64,000 bases of DNA from an uncultured Actinomycetota bacterium (GTDB lineage Bacteria > Actinomycetota > Actinomycetes > Propionibacteriales > Propionibacteriaceae), in assembly GCA_963762775.1 (NCBI GenBank), contig CAVXMD010000009.1:2897-66896 (forward strand), in the 5' to 3' direction. The position numbers were made by a program, and so were the translations under genes. The notes below the pieces were generated by a model. It ran no database searches. It was not told where the DNA came from and saw only the letters and a program-made list of their open reading frames with translations. Positions within the stretch are counted from its first letter, which is position 1, and the number at the start of each line of letters is the position of its first letter. Of the stretch, positions 18,295 through 32,345 are shown piece by piece.

Positions 18295-19017
18295 GTGCGC
18301 ATCCTCGTCGTCAACGTCAACACCACGGAGTCGATGACCGCCGGCATCGGCGACCAGGCCCGCCGCGTGGCCGCCGCCGGCACCGAGATCGTCGCCCTGA
18401 CGCCGCGCTTCGGCGCGGAGTCGGTCGAGGGCAACCTCGAGAGCTACCTGGCGGCGGTCGCCGTCATGGACCGGGTGCTGGCCTACGACCAGCCGTACGA
18501 CGCCGTGATCCAGGCCGGCTACGGCGAGCACGGGCGCGAGGGGCTCCAGGAGCTCCTCGACGTGCCGGTCGTCGACATCACCGAGGCGGCGGCGTCGACC
18601 GCGATGTACCTCGGGCACCGCTACAGCGTCGTCACCACCCTCGACCGGGCCGTGCCCCTGATCGAGGACCGGCTGCTCCTCGCCGGCCTCGACCGGCGCT
18701 GCGCCTCGGTCCGCTCCAGCGGGATGGCCGTTCTCGAGCTCGAGTCGGACCCCGAGCGGGCCGTCGCCGCCATCGTGGCGGAGGCCGAGGCGGCGGTCCG
18801 CGACGACCACGCCGAGGTGGTCGTCCTGGGCTGCGGCGGCATGGCCGAGCTGGAGGCGAAGGTCCGCGAGCGGACCGGCGTCCCCGTCGTCGACGGCGTC
18901 GCCGCGGCCGTCACCGTGGCGGAGTCGCTCGTCCGGCTGGGCCTGACCACCTCGAAGGTCCGTACGTACGCACCCCCGCGGCCCAAGAAGATGACGGGCT
19001 GGCCCTTCCCGCGCTGA
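18295..19017 (+). CDS. Asp/Glu/hydantoin racemase-family protein
   Basis: MRILVVNVNTTESMT...VVDITEAAASTAMYLGHRYSVVTT...VVVLGCGGMAEL. Confidence 0.8.
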   Translation: MRILVVNVNTTESMTAGIGDQARRVAAAGTEIVALTPRFGAESVEGNLESYLAAVAVMDRVLAYDQPYDAVIQAGYGEHGREGLQELLDVPVVDITEAAASTAMYLGHRYSVVTTLDRAVPLIEDRLLLAGLDRRCASVRSSGMAVLELESDPERAVAAIVAEAEAAVRDDHAEVVVLGCGGMAELEAKVRERTGVPVVDGVAAAVTVAESLVRLGLTTSKVRTYAPPRPKKMTGWPFPR

Positions 19018-19035
19018 GGCGCCGGTCGGGACCTC

Positions 19036-19695
19036 TCACCAACCCCGGGCGCGCCACTCCCGGACGTGCGGCCGCTCCGCGCCGAGGGTGGTGGCGTCGC
19101 CGTGCCCGGGGTGCACGACGGTGTCGTCGTCGAAGCGGGCGAAGACCTTGGCCTCGAGGTCGTCCATCAGGGAGTCGAAGTCCGCCGGGCTCCAGGTCTT
19201 GCCGGGACCGCCCGGGAAGAGGCTGTCGCCGGTGAAGAGGTGCGTCGGTCCGTCCGGCCCGCGGTAGGCCAGCACGATCGAGCCCGGGGTGTGGCCGACC
19301 AGTCCCACGACGTCCAGGTGCTCGTCGCCGAGCGCGACCGCGTCCCCGTCCCAGACCCCGGCGGGCCGGGTGACACCCGCACCGTCCGCGACGGCCTGGG
19401 CGTCCGGGGTCCCGGCGACCAGCCGGGCGCCCGTCCGGGCGAGCGCGGGCAGGGCCTGCCAGTGGTCGCGGTGCCGGTGGGTGGTGACGACCGTGTCGGG
19501 CCTGCGGTCGCCGAGCAGCCCCAGCAGCGTGTCGGCGTCGTCGGCCGCGTCGACGAGCAGCAGCCCGCCGGCGCCCTCGAGCAGGTAGGCGTCGTTGTCA
19601 CCGGGGCCGACGGAGACCTTGGTGAGGGTGACGGTGGGGGAGAGGGCGAGGGTCAGCGGCGCGCCGCCGCGGGTGACGTGGTGGAGTCCGGGCAC
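19036..19695 (-). CDS. MBL-fold metallo-hydrolase
   Basis: VVTTHRHRDHWQALPAL carries the HxHxDH motif. LVGHTPGSIVL, HPGHGDATTLGAERPHVREW. Confidence 0.85.
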   Translation of the reverse strand: MPGLHHVTRGGAPLTLALSPTVTLTKVSVGPGDNDAYLLEGAGGLLLVDAADDADTLLGLLGDRRPDTVVTTHRHRDHWQALPALARTGARLVAGTPDAQAVADGAGVTRPAGVWDGDAVALGDEHLDVVGLVGHTPGSIVLAYRGPDGPTHLFTGDSLFPGGPGKTWSPADFDSLMDDLEAKVFARFDDDTVVHPGHGDATTLGAERPHVREWRARGW

Positions 19696-19755
19696 GGCGT
19701 CAGTCTCGCGCGCGGGTCCGACGGTCCCGCGGCTGGGGAGTCAGCGGCCGGGGGA

Positions 19756-20502
19756 TCAGAGGCTGGGGAGCCGCAGCCCGGCCGCGCCGGAGACCGCCGA
19801 CGCGTCGAGGCGGTTGGTGAGCCAGCCGAGCAGCGCGGCGGGCGACCCGCTGACGACCCGAGCCGGTCCCACCGAACCCACCGTCGTGACGAAGCCCGAG
19901 TCGGTGCGCAGCTCGACCCGCGGGAACTCGTCGCGCGCCCGGGCGCGGAAGGCGACCCACTCGATGAGCCACTCGGCGGCGTCGGGCTCGACCTGGTCGA
20001 CCTCGTGGCCGACGTCCAGGTCGACCAGGTGGACCTCGACCTCGAAGAGGCGTCCGAGCGGCAGCAGCCGGGCGGGGACGACGAGGCCGCCGCGCAGCTC
20101 GACCGTGGCCGACCACCCGGCATCCCCGGCTGGCCGTCCCGCGTCGACGCGGTCGAGGCGCTCGAACGCCCCGGCCAGCCGGCCGGCACTGGTGTCGAGG
20201 TCGGTCTGCACCTCCAGACCGAGCCGCCCGGCGCCCCGCTCGATGTCGTCCGACCGGGCCTCGGGGGAGTCGTACATCGACTGCCGGACCCCGGTCGCGG
20301 CGCCCTCGGCGAGCCGCGTGAAGCCGTCGGCCTGGCGGGCGAGGTGCGTGGCGACGTGCGCGCGGCTCCACCCGGGCAGGCGGCTGGGCGCGGCCCAGTC
20401 CTCGTCGGACACCGTGATGGTGCTGCCGAGCAGCCGCTGGGTGGCCCTGCCGACCAGGTTCCGCAGCTCGCTCAGCCGGGTGTCGGGGGAGGATTCGCTC
20501 AC
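19756..20502 (-). CDS. Maleylpyruvate isomerase-family, mycothiol-dependent (DinB-like N-terminal domain) protein
   Basis: LRNLVGRATQRLLGSTITVSDEDWAAPSRLPGWSRAHVATHLARQADGFTRL. Confidence 0.75.
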   Translation of the reverse strand: MSESSPDTRLSELRNLVGRATQRLLGSTITVSDEDWAAPSRLPGWSRAHVATHLARQADGFTRLAEGAATGVRQSMYDSPEARSDDIERGAGRLGLEVQTDLDTSAGRLAGAFERLDRVDAGRPAGDAGWSATVELRGGLVVPARLLPLGRLFEVEVHLVDLDVGHEVDQVEPDAAEWLIEWVAFRARARDEFPRVELRTDSGFVTTVGSVGPARVVSGSPAALLGWLTNRLDASAVSGAAGLRLPSL

Positions 20503-20633
20503 CGGCCCACGCTAGTGGGCGGAGGCCGCCGCGCCCTCGCGTTCGCCCGGCGCGCCCGTCCGGACGCGCCGTACGGGGTCGTACGCCGGCGGGCCGGCGG
20601 GGAATACGGGCCCCCTCGCGCTCGGTTCGGAAC

Positions 20634-20655
20634 TGTCGGTGACCACATCTAGAGT
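20634..20655 (+). promoter_or_regulatory. RecA-independent DNA-damage promoter motif (RecA-NDp / PafBC type) driving uvrA
   Basis: TGTCGGTG-N8(accacatc)-TAGAGT matches tTGTCRgtg-N8-TAnnnT. The -10 element ends 7 nt before GTG 20663. Confidence 0.65.
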
Positions 20656-20662
20656 TCCGACC

Positions 20663-23761
<3,099 letters not shown>

Positions 23762-23762
23762 C

Positions 23763-24561
23763 GTGCCCGACTGGTCCGCCCGCTACGGCTTCGTCGGCAC
23801 GGGGTCGATCACCCGGGCGATGGTCGAGGGCCTGAGCACGGCCGATCGACCCGCCGCCGATCGTCGTGTCCCCGCGCGGCGCGGCGACGAGCGCTGCGTT
23901 GGCGGCGCGGTTCGCGAACGTGCGGGTCGCCGCCGACAACCAGGCCGTCGTCGATGCCGCGCCGTGCGTCGTGCTCGCGCCCCGCCCGGCGCGACGCGGC
24001 GGCCGTGCTGGCCGGCCTCGTCCTCACCCCCGGGCACGTCGTCGTCAGCGTGGTCGCGGCGCTACGCCGTCGCCGACCTGCTCGCCGCGGCCGCCCCGGC
24101 CACCCGGGTCGCCCGGGCGATCCCGCTGCCCTCGGTGGCGGCCCGGCAGGGACTCGTCCCGGTGGTTCCGCGCCGAGCCGGTCGCGCTGGCGCTGTTCGG
24201 ACGGCTGGGCGAGGTCGTCGCCCTCGACGACGAGACCGCCTTCGACGCGTTCAGCGCGGCCTCGGCCTTCGCCGCCACCCAGCTCGACCTGCTGGCGACG
24301 GTCGAGGCCTGGCTGGTCGGGCGCGGCGTGCCCGTGCCCGGACGCCCGGCGCGTACGTCGGCGTGCTGCTGGCGCGGGCTGAGCGACGCCCTGGCCGAGG
24401 AGCCCGACCGCGAGCTCGCGCCCTCGCCGACGACCACGCGACCCCCGGCGGGCTCAACCAGCAGGTCCGCGAGCACGTCCGCGGCCACGGGCGTCCACGA
24501 GGTCGTCGCCACGGCCCTCGACGACGTCGCCGCGCGCGTCGCCCGGGGCCCGGGCGGCTGA
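23763..24561 (+). pseudogene. Pyrroline-5-carboxylate reductase-like NAD(P)-binding protein, about eight frame switches
   Basis: Pieces are spread over three frames: VPDWSARYGFVGTGSITRAMVEGLS / SPRGAATSAALAARFANVRVAADNQAVVDAAPCVVLA / AAAVLAGLVLTPGHVVVSVVAA / YAVADLLAAAAPATRVARAIPLPSVAARQGLVPVVP / EPVALALFGRLGEVVALDDETAFDAFSAASAFAATQLDLLATVEAWLVGRGVPV / HATPGGLNQQVREHVR / ATGVHEVVATALDDVAARV. Confidence 0.65.
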
Positions 24562-24562
24562 G

Positions 24563-25180
24563 TCAGCCCGCGCGCACCGGGTCCGACGGCGCTCGCCGCC
24601 AGCCGGACCAGGTCGACCCGTCGGTCCCGGAACACCTGGTCTCGGAGCACCCCTGCCGGACGTAGCCGGCCCGCTCGGCGGTGCGCAGGGAGGCGAGGTT
24701 CGAGGGCTCGACGCCCAGCTCGACCCGCTCGACCGGGGGCAGCGTCCAGGCGAAGGCCGTGAGGGCCCGCAGCGCCTGTTCCGCGACGCCCCGTCCGCGG
24801 GCCCGCGGCGCCACCGCGTAGCCGGCGCTCGTCCGCCGCGGGTCGTCAGGGTCGAGCCAGAGCCCGGCGCCGCCGAGCGCGACCCCGCTGGTCCGGTCCG
24901 CGACGCAGAACGACCAGCCCACGCCCTGGACCGTGCGGCTGCGTTGCCGCTCCACGTACGCGAGCGCGGCCGCTGCGTCGGCGTGGAGGGGCAGCGTCCC
25001 GATCTGCGGCACGTACGGGTCGGTCGCGAGGTCCATGACCATCGCGACGTCCTGGTCGCGGAACGCGCGCAGGAGCACGGTGCCCCACGCGGGCGGTTCG
25101 GTCGGCATCGCGAGCGGAGCGAGGTCCACCGGGGGAGCCTCGCACGGATCGGCGGCCCAGGGCCCGTACAGGAACGGCAC
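24563..25180 (-). CDS. GNAT N-acetyltransferase (RimJ/RimL-like); the C-terminal ~30 codons are possibly frameshifted
   Basis: LLRAFRDQDVAMVMDLATDPYVPQIGTLP...GVALGGAGLW...YAVAPRARGRGVAEQALRALTAFAW...VELGVEPSNLASLRTAERAGYVRQG. The alternative frame continues VLRDQVFRDRRVDLVRLA, which looks more family-like. Confidence 0.7.
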   Translation of the reverse strand: MPFLYGPWAADPCEAPPVDLAPLAMPTEPPAWGTVLLRAFRDQDVAMVMDLATDPYVPQIGTLPLHADAAAALAYVERQRSRTVQGVGWSFCVADRTSGVALGGAGLWLDPDDPRRTSAGYAVAPRARGRGVAEQALRALTAFAWTLPPVERVELGVEPSNLASLRTAERAGYVRQGCSETRCSGTDGSTWSGWRRAPSDPVRAG

Positions 25181-25234
25181 CGGCGAGCGACGTGCACTGG
25201 CTCCTCGCCCGCCCGACGTACGAGGAGCCCTCGC

Positions 25235-25756
25235 ATGACCGCCACCAGCACCCCCACCCGTCGCGACGTCCTGCGGACGGCCGGGATCGTCGTCGTCTCC
25301 GGCGGTGCCGTCCTCACCCTCGCCGTCTGCGGGGCCGAGGGGCAGGCGGGCGGCCCGATCCCGACCTCGGCGGCGCCGAGCAGCGCCGCGACCTCGGCCT
25401 CCCCGAGCGCCCCCGCGTCGGACTCGGGCTCACCGTCGCCCTCGGCGTCCGCCTCGGAGGCACCCAGCGGGCCGAGCGTCGCGACCGCGGACGTCCCGGT
25501 CGGCGGCGGCGTGATCCTCGACCGACGCCGACTACGTCGTGACGCAGCCGACGAAGGGGACGTTCAAGGCGTTCAGCAAGATCTGCACGCACCGGGGCTG
25601 CACGGTCGGCCCGGTCGCCGACGGCGTCATCGTCCGCCCCTGCCACCCAGCGAGTTCTCCGTCGAGGACGGCTCGGTCAAGCAGCCGCCGGCCAGCAAGC
25701 CGCTGCCCGAGTCCGCGACCACCGTCGCGGGCTCGAAGGTGTACGTCACCGGCTGA
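25235..25756 (+). pseudogene. Tat-signal lipoprotein with a Rieske [2Fe-2S] domain, two frameshifts plus loss of a cluster-ligand Cys
   Basis: MTATSTPTRRDVLRTAGIVVVSGGAVLTLAVCG has a twin-Arg and a lipobox. The middle part TQPTKGTFKAFSKICTHRGCTVGPVADGVIVRPCH is in the 25539 frame, and the end SEFSVEDGSVKQPPASKPLPESATTVAGSKVYVTG returns to the original frame. The expected CPCHGS reads RPCHP. Confidence 0.75.
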
Positions 25757-25802
25757 GCCCTCGCCCGCGCCGGCCCGGCGCCACCCGTCACTCTCGGCGC
25801 GA

Positions 25803-25853
25803 CTGTCGACACCGGACACGCCCTGCGGGCGTGTCGCGTGACGGGTGTCGACA
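25803..25853. other. Nested inverted repeats between the Rieske gene and uvrC
   Basis: TGTCGACAC (25803-25811) pairs with GTGTCGACA (25845-25853). These enclose a perfect 9 bp hairpin GACACGCCC-tgc-GGGCGTGTC. Confidence 0.6.
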
Positions 25854-25918
25854 ATCGCGCGGACGGGGGCGCGGGTAGGAGCCGGTCCACGGCTACTGTC
25901 GGAACCCGCACCTAACCT

Positions 25919-27931
25919 GTGGGCGCGTGCCTGGAACCTCGTACGCGGCGCGCGCCGCTGTCCTACCGGCCGGCACCCGGGTCGATCCCCGAGCAGCCCG
26001 GGGTCTACCGCTTCTCCGACGAGAACGGCCGGGTCATCTACGTCGGCAAGGCCAAGAGCCTGCGCCAGCGGCTGAACTCCTACTTCGCCGACCCGCGCGG
26101 GCTGCACGAGCGCACCCGGCAGATGGTCACGACGGCCACCAAGGTCGAGTGGACCGTCGTCCAGACCGAGGTCGAGTCGCTGCAGCTGGAGTACTCCTGG
26201 ATCAAGGAGTACGACCCGCGCTTCAACGTGAAGTACCGCGACGACAAGTCGTACCCCTGGCTCGCGGTGACGCTGAGCGAGGAGTTCCCGCGCGTCATGG
26301 TCGGGCGCGGCGCCAAGCGCAAGGGCAACCGCTACTTCGGCCCGTACAGCCACGCCTGGGCGATCCGCGAGACCGTCGACCAGCTGCTGCACGTCTTCCC
26401 GATGCGCTCGTGCCGGCCCGGCGTGTTCCGCAACCACCAGCTCCTCGGCCGGCCGTGCCTGCTCGGCTACATCGACAAGTGCGCGGCCCCCTGCGTCGGC
26501 AAGGTGACCCCCGAGGAGCACCGCGAGATCGTCGACGACTTCTGCCAGTTCATGGGCGGGCAGGCGACGCCGATGATCCGCTCGATCGAGCGCAAGATGC
26601 GCGCGGCGAGCGACGAGATGGACTTCGAGCGCGCGGCCCGGCTGCGCGACGACGCCCAGGCCATGCAGCGCGCGCTGGAGCGCAACGCGGTCGTCTTCAC
26701 CGACGGCACCGACGCCGACGTCATCGCCCTGGCCGAGGACCCGCTCGAGGTCGCCGTGCAGATCTTCCACGTCCGCGGCGGACGGATCCGCGGCGAGCGC
26801 GGCTGGGTCGCCGACCGCTTCGACGAGGGCGGCACGCCCGAGCTGGTCGAGCAGTTCCTGCTGCAGCTCTACGCCGAGGCCGACGACGACCCGGTGGCGC
26901 GCGAGGCCGTCCCACGCGAGATCCTCGTGCCCGAGCTGCCCACGTCGCTCGAGTCGCTGACCGAGCTCCTGACCGAACGGCGCGGCTCGCACGTCGGCAT
27001 CCGGGTCCCGCAGCGCGGCGACAAGCGGACGCTCATGGAGACCGTGGCCAAGAACGCGGCCGAGGCGCTCATCCGCCACAAGACCACGCGGGCGAGCGAC
27101 CTCTCGACGCGCAACCGGGCGCTGGAGGAGATCCAGGAGGCGCTCGAGCTGCCCGGCGCCCCGCTGCGCATCGAGTGCTTCGACATCTCCAACCTGCAGG
27201 GCACCGAGGTCGTCGCCTCCATGGTCGTCTTCGAGGACGGCCTGCCGCGCAAGAGCGAGTACCGACGGTTCGTGATCCGGGGCGTCGAGGGCCAGAACGA
27301 CGTCGCCTCCATGCACGAGGTCATCGCCCGCCGGTTCCGGCGCATGATCGACGACCGCAGGGCGGCCACCACCGCGACCGACGGGGCAGACGGCGAGGGC
27401 CCGCTGCTGATCGACCCGACCACGGGCGCTCCGCGACGGTTCGCGTACGTGCCGCAGCTGGTGGTCGTCGACGGCGGCCCGCCGCAGGTCGCCGCGGCCG
27501 CCGCGGCCATGGACGAGCTCGGGGTCGACGACGTCGCGCTCTGCGGGCTGGCCAAGCGGCTGGAGGAGGTCTGGCTGCCCGACGCCCCGGACCCCGTGAT
27601 CCTCCCGCGGACGAGCGAGGGCCTCTACCTGCTGCAGCGGGTCCGCGACGAGGCGCACCGCTTCGCGATCACGCACCACCGCGGCCGGCGCAGCAAGTCG
27701 ATGGTCGAGTCCGTGCTGGACCAGGTGCCCGGGCTGGGGGAGGTCCGGCGCAAGGCGCTGCTCCACCACTTCGGCTCGCTGCGCAAGCTCCGTGCGGCGA
27801 CGGTCGAGGAGATCGCGGCGGTCCCGGGGTTCGGCACGAAGACCGCGCTCGCGGTCAAGAAGGCCCTGGACGAACGGCCCGCGGGCGACGCGATCGACAT
27901 GAGCACGGGCGAGGTCCTCGCCGACCGGTGA
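25919..27931 (+). CDS. uvrC: Excinuclease ABC subunit C (UvrC); exact start uncertain
   Basis: [42 protein letters not shown] is the GIY-YIG domain. UVR domain, endonuclease V-like and (HhH)2 C-terminus. Intact 670 aa ORF. Confidence 0.93.
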   Translation: MGACLEPRTRRAPLSYRPAPGSIPEQPGVYRFSDENGRVIYVGKAKSLRQRLNSYFADPRGLHERTRQMVTTATKVEWTVVQTEVESLQLEYSWIKEYDPRFNVKYRDDKSYPWLAVTLSEEFPRVMVGRGAKRKGNRYFGPYSHAWAIRETVDQLLHVFPMRSCRPGVFRNHQLLGRPCLLGYIDKCAAPCVGKVTPEEHREIVDDFCQFMGGQATPMIRSIERKMRAASDEMDFERAARLRDDAQAMQRALERNAVVFTDGTDADVIALAEDPLEVAVQIFHVRGGRIRGERGWVADRFDEGGTPELVEQFLLQLYAEADDDPVAREAVPREILVPELPTSLESLTELLTERRGSHVGIRVPQRGDKRTLMETVAKNAAEALIRHKTTRASDLSTRNRALEEIQEALELPGAPLRIECFDISNLQGTEVVASMVVFEDGLPRKSEYRRFVIRGVEGQNDVASMHEVIARRFRRMIDDRRAATTATDGADGEGPLLIDPTTGAPRRFAYVPQLVVVDGGPPQVAAAAAAMDELGVDDVALCGLAKRLEEVWLPDAPDPVILPRTSEGLYLLQRVRDEAHRFAITHHRGRRSKSMVESVLDQVPGLGEVRRKALLHHFGSLRKLRAATVEEIAAVPGFGTKTALAVKKALDERPAGDAIDMSTGEVLADR

Positions 27932-27998
27932 GGTGCTCCGCGGCTCCGTCGGTGCGGCTCCTGCCCCGTACGTGCGGGTCGGTGCGGATAATGACGGC

Positions 27999-28949
27999 GT
28001 GACCACCGAGACGGCGACCGCCCCCGCGCCGCCCCCGCAGGACCCCGCCGGACCCGGCCCCGCGCCGGCCGAGGACGACGCCGCCGCGATCGCAGCCCGG
28101 CCGCTCCGGCTGGTCGTGGTCAGCGGCATGTCGGGCGCCGGGCGCTCGACCGTGGCGGACAACCTCGAGGACCTCGGCTGGTACGTCGTCGACAACCTGC
28201 CGCCGAGCGTGCTGCCCGACGTGTGCGACGAGGCGCGTCGGACCGGGATCCGCCAGCTGGCCGTGGTGCTCGACGTCCGGACCCGGTCGTTCTTCGAGCA
28301 GCTGCCGTCGATGTTCGCCGAGCTGAAGCGGGCGGGGACGGTGCCCGAGATCGTCTACCTCGAGGCGTCCGACGACGTCATCGTGCGCCGCCAGGAGTCG
28401 GTGCGCCGCCCGCACCCGCTGCAGGGCGACGGCCGGCTGCTCGACGGCATCAACCGCGAGCGCGACCTGCTCGCCACGCTCCGGGCTGCCGCCGACCTCG
28501 TGATCGACACCTCCTCGCTGAACGTCCACCAGCTCGGCTCGCGGATCACCCACGCCTACGGCGGCCCGGACCACGCCCTGCGGGTGACGGTGCTGTCGTT
28601 CGGCTTCAAGAACGGCATCCCGCTCGACGCCGACATGATCTTCGACGTGCGCTTCCTGCCGAACCCGCACTGGGTCCCCGAGCTGCGTCCCCAGACCGGG
28701 CTGAGCGCCCCGGTCAGCGCGTACGTCCTCGGCCAGGCCGGGGCGGCGCCGTTCCTGGCCTCGCTGCAGGAGGTGCTGAGCACCGTCGCCTCCGGCTACC
28801 TCCAGGAGGGCAAGCGCTTCGCGACCATCGGGATCGGCTGCACCGGCGGCAAGCACCGCAGCACCGCGATCGCCGAGGAGCTGGCCCGCCGGCTCCGGGT
28901 CGACGGCCTGCCCACCACGGTGCTGCACCGCGACCTCGGGCGCGAATGA
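27999..28949 (+). CDS. rapZ: RNase adapter protein RapZ (P-loop NTPase)
   Basis: RLVVVSGMSGAGRSTVADNLEDLGWYVVDNLPP...FGFKNGIPLDADMIFDVRFLPNPHW...IGCTGGKHRSTAIAEEL. GTG 27999 is in frame with ORF 27933. Confidence 0.88.
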   Translation: MTTETATAPAPPPQDPAGPGPAPAEDDAAAIAARPLRLVVVSGMSGAGRSTVADNLEDLGWYVVDNLPPSVLPDVCDEARRTGIRQLAVVLDVRTRSFFEQLPSMFAELKRAGTVPEIVYLEASDDVIVRRQESVRRPHPLQGDGRLLDGINRERDLLATLRAAADLVIDTSSLNVHQLGSRITHAYGGPDHALRVTVLSFGFKNGIPLDADMIFDVRFLPNPHWVPELRPQTGLSAPVSAYVLGQAGAAPFLASLQEVLSTVASGYLQEGKRFATIGIGCTGGKHRSTAIAEELARRLRVDGLPTTVLHRDLGRE

Positions 28950-29950
28950 GCCCGTCCGTCCAGCGCGACCGGCCGCGTGCCCCCGTACGGCTGCGCGGCC
29001 GCCCGATCGTCGACGAGCGCCCGGCGGTGGTCGCCTTCGGCGGCGGGCACGGGCTGTCGGCATCGCTGTCGGCCCTGCGTCGGGTGACCGACCGGCTCAC
29101 GGCCGTCGTGACGGTGGCGGACGACGGCGGGTCGTCGGGGCGGCTGCGCGAGGAGCTCGGCTGCCTTCCGCCGGGTGACCTGCGGATGGCGCTCGCGGCG
29201 CTCTGCGGCGACGACGAGTCCGGGCGCACCTGGGCCGACGTCCTGCAGTACCGCTTCGTCTCGCCCGGCCCGCTCGGCGACCACGCCATCGGCAACCTGC
29301 TGATCGCCGGGCTCTGGGAACGGCTCGGCGACCCGGTGGCGGGCCTGGACATGGTCGCGCGCCTCCTCGGCTGCGCCGGCCGGGTGCTGCCGATGGCCTC
29401 GGTGCCGCTCGAGATCGAGGCCGACGTCATCGGCGTCTCGCCGGACCGCCCGGACGAGGTCTCGTCGGTGCGCGGGCAGGCCCGTGTGGCCAAGACGACC
29501 GGCGAGGTCTGCTCGGTGCGCCTCGTGCCCGAGGACCCGCCCGCCTGCGTCGACTCCGTCGAGGCGGTCCTGGCGGCGGACTGGATCGTGCTGGGGCCGG
29601 GCTCCTGGTTCACCTCGGTGATCCCGCACCTGCTCGTGCCACAGCTGGCCGAGGCGATCCAGGCGACCCCGGCCCGGCGCCTCCTCGTGCTCAACCTCGA
29701 GCCCGCGGAGGAGACCGCCGGCTTCTCGGCGGCCAAGCACATCGAGCTGCTCGCCGACCACGCGCCCGGGCTGCGGCTCGACGTGGTGCTGGCCGACGAC
29801 ACGTACGCCTCCGACGACCCGCACCTCGCCGCCTGGGCGGACTCGCTGGGCGCCGAGCTCGCCGTGGCCGACCTCGCCGCGCGGGACGGCTCGCCCCGCC
29901 ACGACCCCCTCCGGCTGGCCTCCGCGTACGCCGAGATCATGGGTGTCTGA
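28946..29950 (+). CDS. yvcK: Gluconeogenesis factor YvcK / CofD-like family protein
   Basis: The ATG overlaps the rapZ stop (ATGA). VVAFGGGHGLSASLSALRRVTDRLTAVVTVADDGGSSGRLREELGCLPPGDLR...GPGSWFTSVIPHLLVP. Confidence 0.88.
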   Translation: MSPSVQRDRPRAPVRLRGRPIVDERPAVVAFGGGHGLSASLSALRRVTDRLTAVVTVADDGGSSGRLREELGCLPPGDLRMALAALCGDDESGRTWADVLQYRFVSPGPLGDHAIGNLLIAGLWERLGDPVAGLDMVARLLGCAGRVLPMASVPLEIEADVIGVSPDRPDEVSSVRGQARVAKTTGEVCSVRLVPEDPPACVDSVEAVLAADWIVLGPGSWFTSVIPHLLVPQLAEAIQATPARRLLVLNLEPAEETAGFSAAKHIELLADHAPGLRLDVVLADDTYASDDPHLAAWADSLGAELAVADLAARDGSPRHDPLRLASAYAEIMGV

Positions 29951-30090
29951 CGGCTCTGTCGTGAGGGGGGACGACCCCCCACGCCCCCCGGTGAGATCCA
30001 CTCGCTGGCGCTCGCGGAGCTCGCACTGGCGGATTTCTCACGCCTCCCGGAGCATCAGGGGGTGCGTGACACGCGTGGCATCATTCCCGC

Positions 30091-31071
30091 ATGGCGATGA
30101 CGGCGCAGGTCAAGGCTGAGCTCGCGACGGTCAAGGTCACCAAGCCGTGCTGCCGCAAGTCGGAGGTGGCGTCCACCCTCCGCTTCGCGAACGGGCTCCA
30201 CATCGTCAGCGGCAAGATCGTCATCGAGGCCGAGCTGGACACCGGCGCGGCCGCCCGCCGGCTCCGCACCGACATCGCCGACGTGTTCGGGCACAGCAGC
30301 GAGCTGGTCGTCGTCAACGGCAACGGGCTGCGGCGCGGCACCCGCTACGTGGTCCGCGTGGTCAAGGACGGCGACGCCCTGGCGCGCCAGACCGGGCTGG
30401 TCGACTCCCGCGGGCGTCCCGCGCGCGGCCTGCCGGCCCAGGTCGTCAGCGGGGGACCGTGCGACTGCGTCGCGGCCTGGCGGGGCGCGTTCCTCGCGCA
30501 CGGCTCGCTGACCGAGCCGGGCCGTTCGATGGCGCTGGAGGTCACGTGCCCGGGCCCGGAGGCCGCGCTGGCCCTGGTCGGCGCCGCCCGCCGCCTCGGC
30601 ATCCCGGCCAAGGCCCGCGAGGTCCGGATGATCGACCGCGTGGTCGTCCGCGACGGCGACGCGATCGCCGCCCTGCTCACCCACCTCGGCGCGCACGACT
30701 CGCTGATGGCCTGGGAGGAGCGCCGCATGCGCCGCGAGGTGCGTGCCTCGGCCAACCGGCTCGCGAACTTCGACGACGCGAACCTCCGTCGTTCCGCGCG
30801 GGCCGCCGTGGCTGCCGGGGCCCGGGTGGAGCGGGCGCTGGAGATCCTCGGCGACGACGTGCCCGAGCACCTGCGCGTGGCCGGCGACCTGCGGGTCCAG
30901 CACAAGCAGGCGAGCCTGGAGGAGCTGGGCCAGCTGCACACGCCGCAGCTCACCAAGGACGCCGTCGCCGGCCGGATCCGACGCCTGCTGGCCACAGCCG
31001 ACAAGCGCGCCTCCGAGCTGGGCATCCCGAGCACCGAGGCGTCCCTGACCTCGGACATGCTGGACGACTGA
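30091..31071 (+). CDS. whiA: DNA-binding sporulation/cell-division regulator WhiA
   Basis: [39 protein letters not shown]...[23 protein letters not shown]...[20 protein letters not shown]...SLEELGQL. Confidence 0.93.
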   Translation: MAMTAQVKAELATVKVTKPCCRKSEVASTLRFANGLHIVSGKIVIEAELDTGAAARRLRTDIADVFGHSSELVVVNGNGLRRGTRYVVRVVKDGDALARQTGLVDSRGRPARGLPAQVVSGGPCDCVAAWRGAFLAHGSLTEPGRSMALEVTCPGPEAALALVGAARRLGIPAKAREVRMIDRVVVRDGDAIAALLTHLGAHDSLMAWEERRMRREVRASANRLANFDDANLRRSARAAVAAGARVERALEILGDDVPEHLRVAGDLRVQHKQASLEELGQLHTPQLTKDAVAGRIRRLLATADKRASELGIPSTEASLTSDMLDD

Positions 31072-31207
31072 CCGCTTCCGAGGGCCCGTCGCCGCCGGGA
31101 GGGCGTAACGCCGGCGTAACCACCCGCAGCACTGGTATCAGACCAGTCTGCGAGCGGTCGTCACGTGCCGAGGCCGACCCCGTTATCGTGGCGTGTGGCC
31201 TCGCTGA

Positions 31208-32245
<1,038 letters not shown>

Positions 32246-32258
32246 GCAGTCCCGTGGT

Positions 32259-32291
32259 CCGAGCCCGTCGGAGGTCCTCCGGCGGGCTCGG
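32259..32291 (+). other. Intercistronic GC-rich stem-loop between gap and pgk
   Basis: CCGAGCCCGTCGGAGG-T-CCTCCGGCGGGCTCGG is a near-perfect ~15 bp stem with one G-U pair. Confidence 0.55.
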
Positions 32292-32345
32292 CCCGCGTCC
32301 GGCACCTGCAGCCCCATCGAGCACCACCACCCGAGGAGAGCCCCG

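Noticed and set aside
25897-25921. A second RecA-NDp promoter for uvrC (TGTCGG-N10-TAACCT).
   Set aside because: It lacks the conserved GTG after TGTCGG, and the -10 directly abuts the candidate start codon, leaving no room for a transcription start. I kept it only as a weak note inside a finding.
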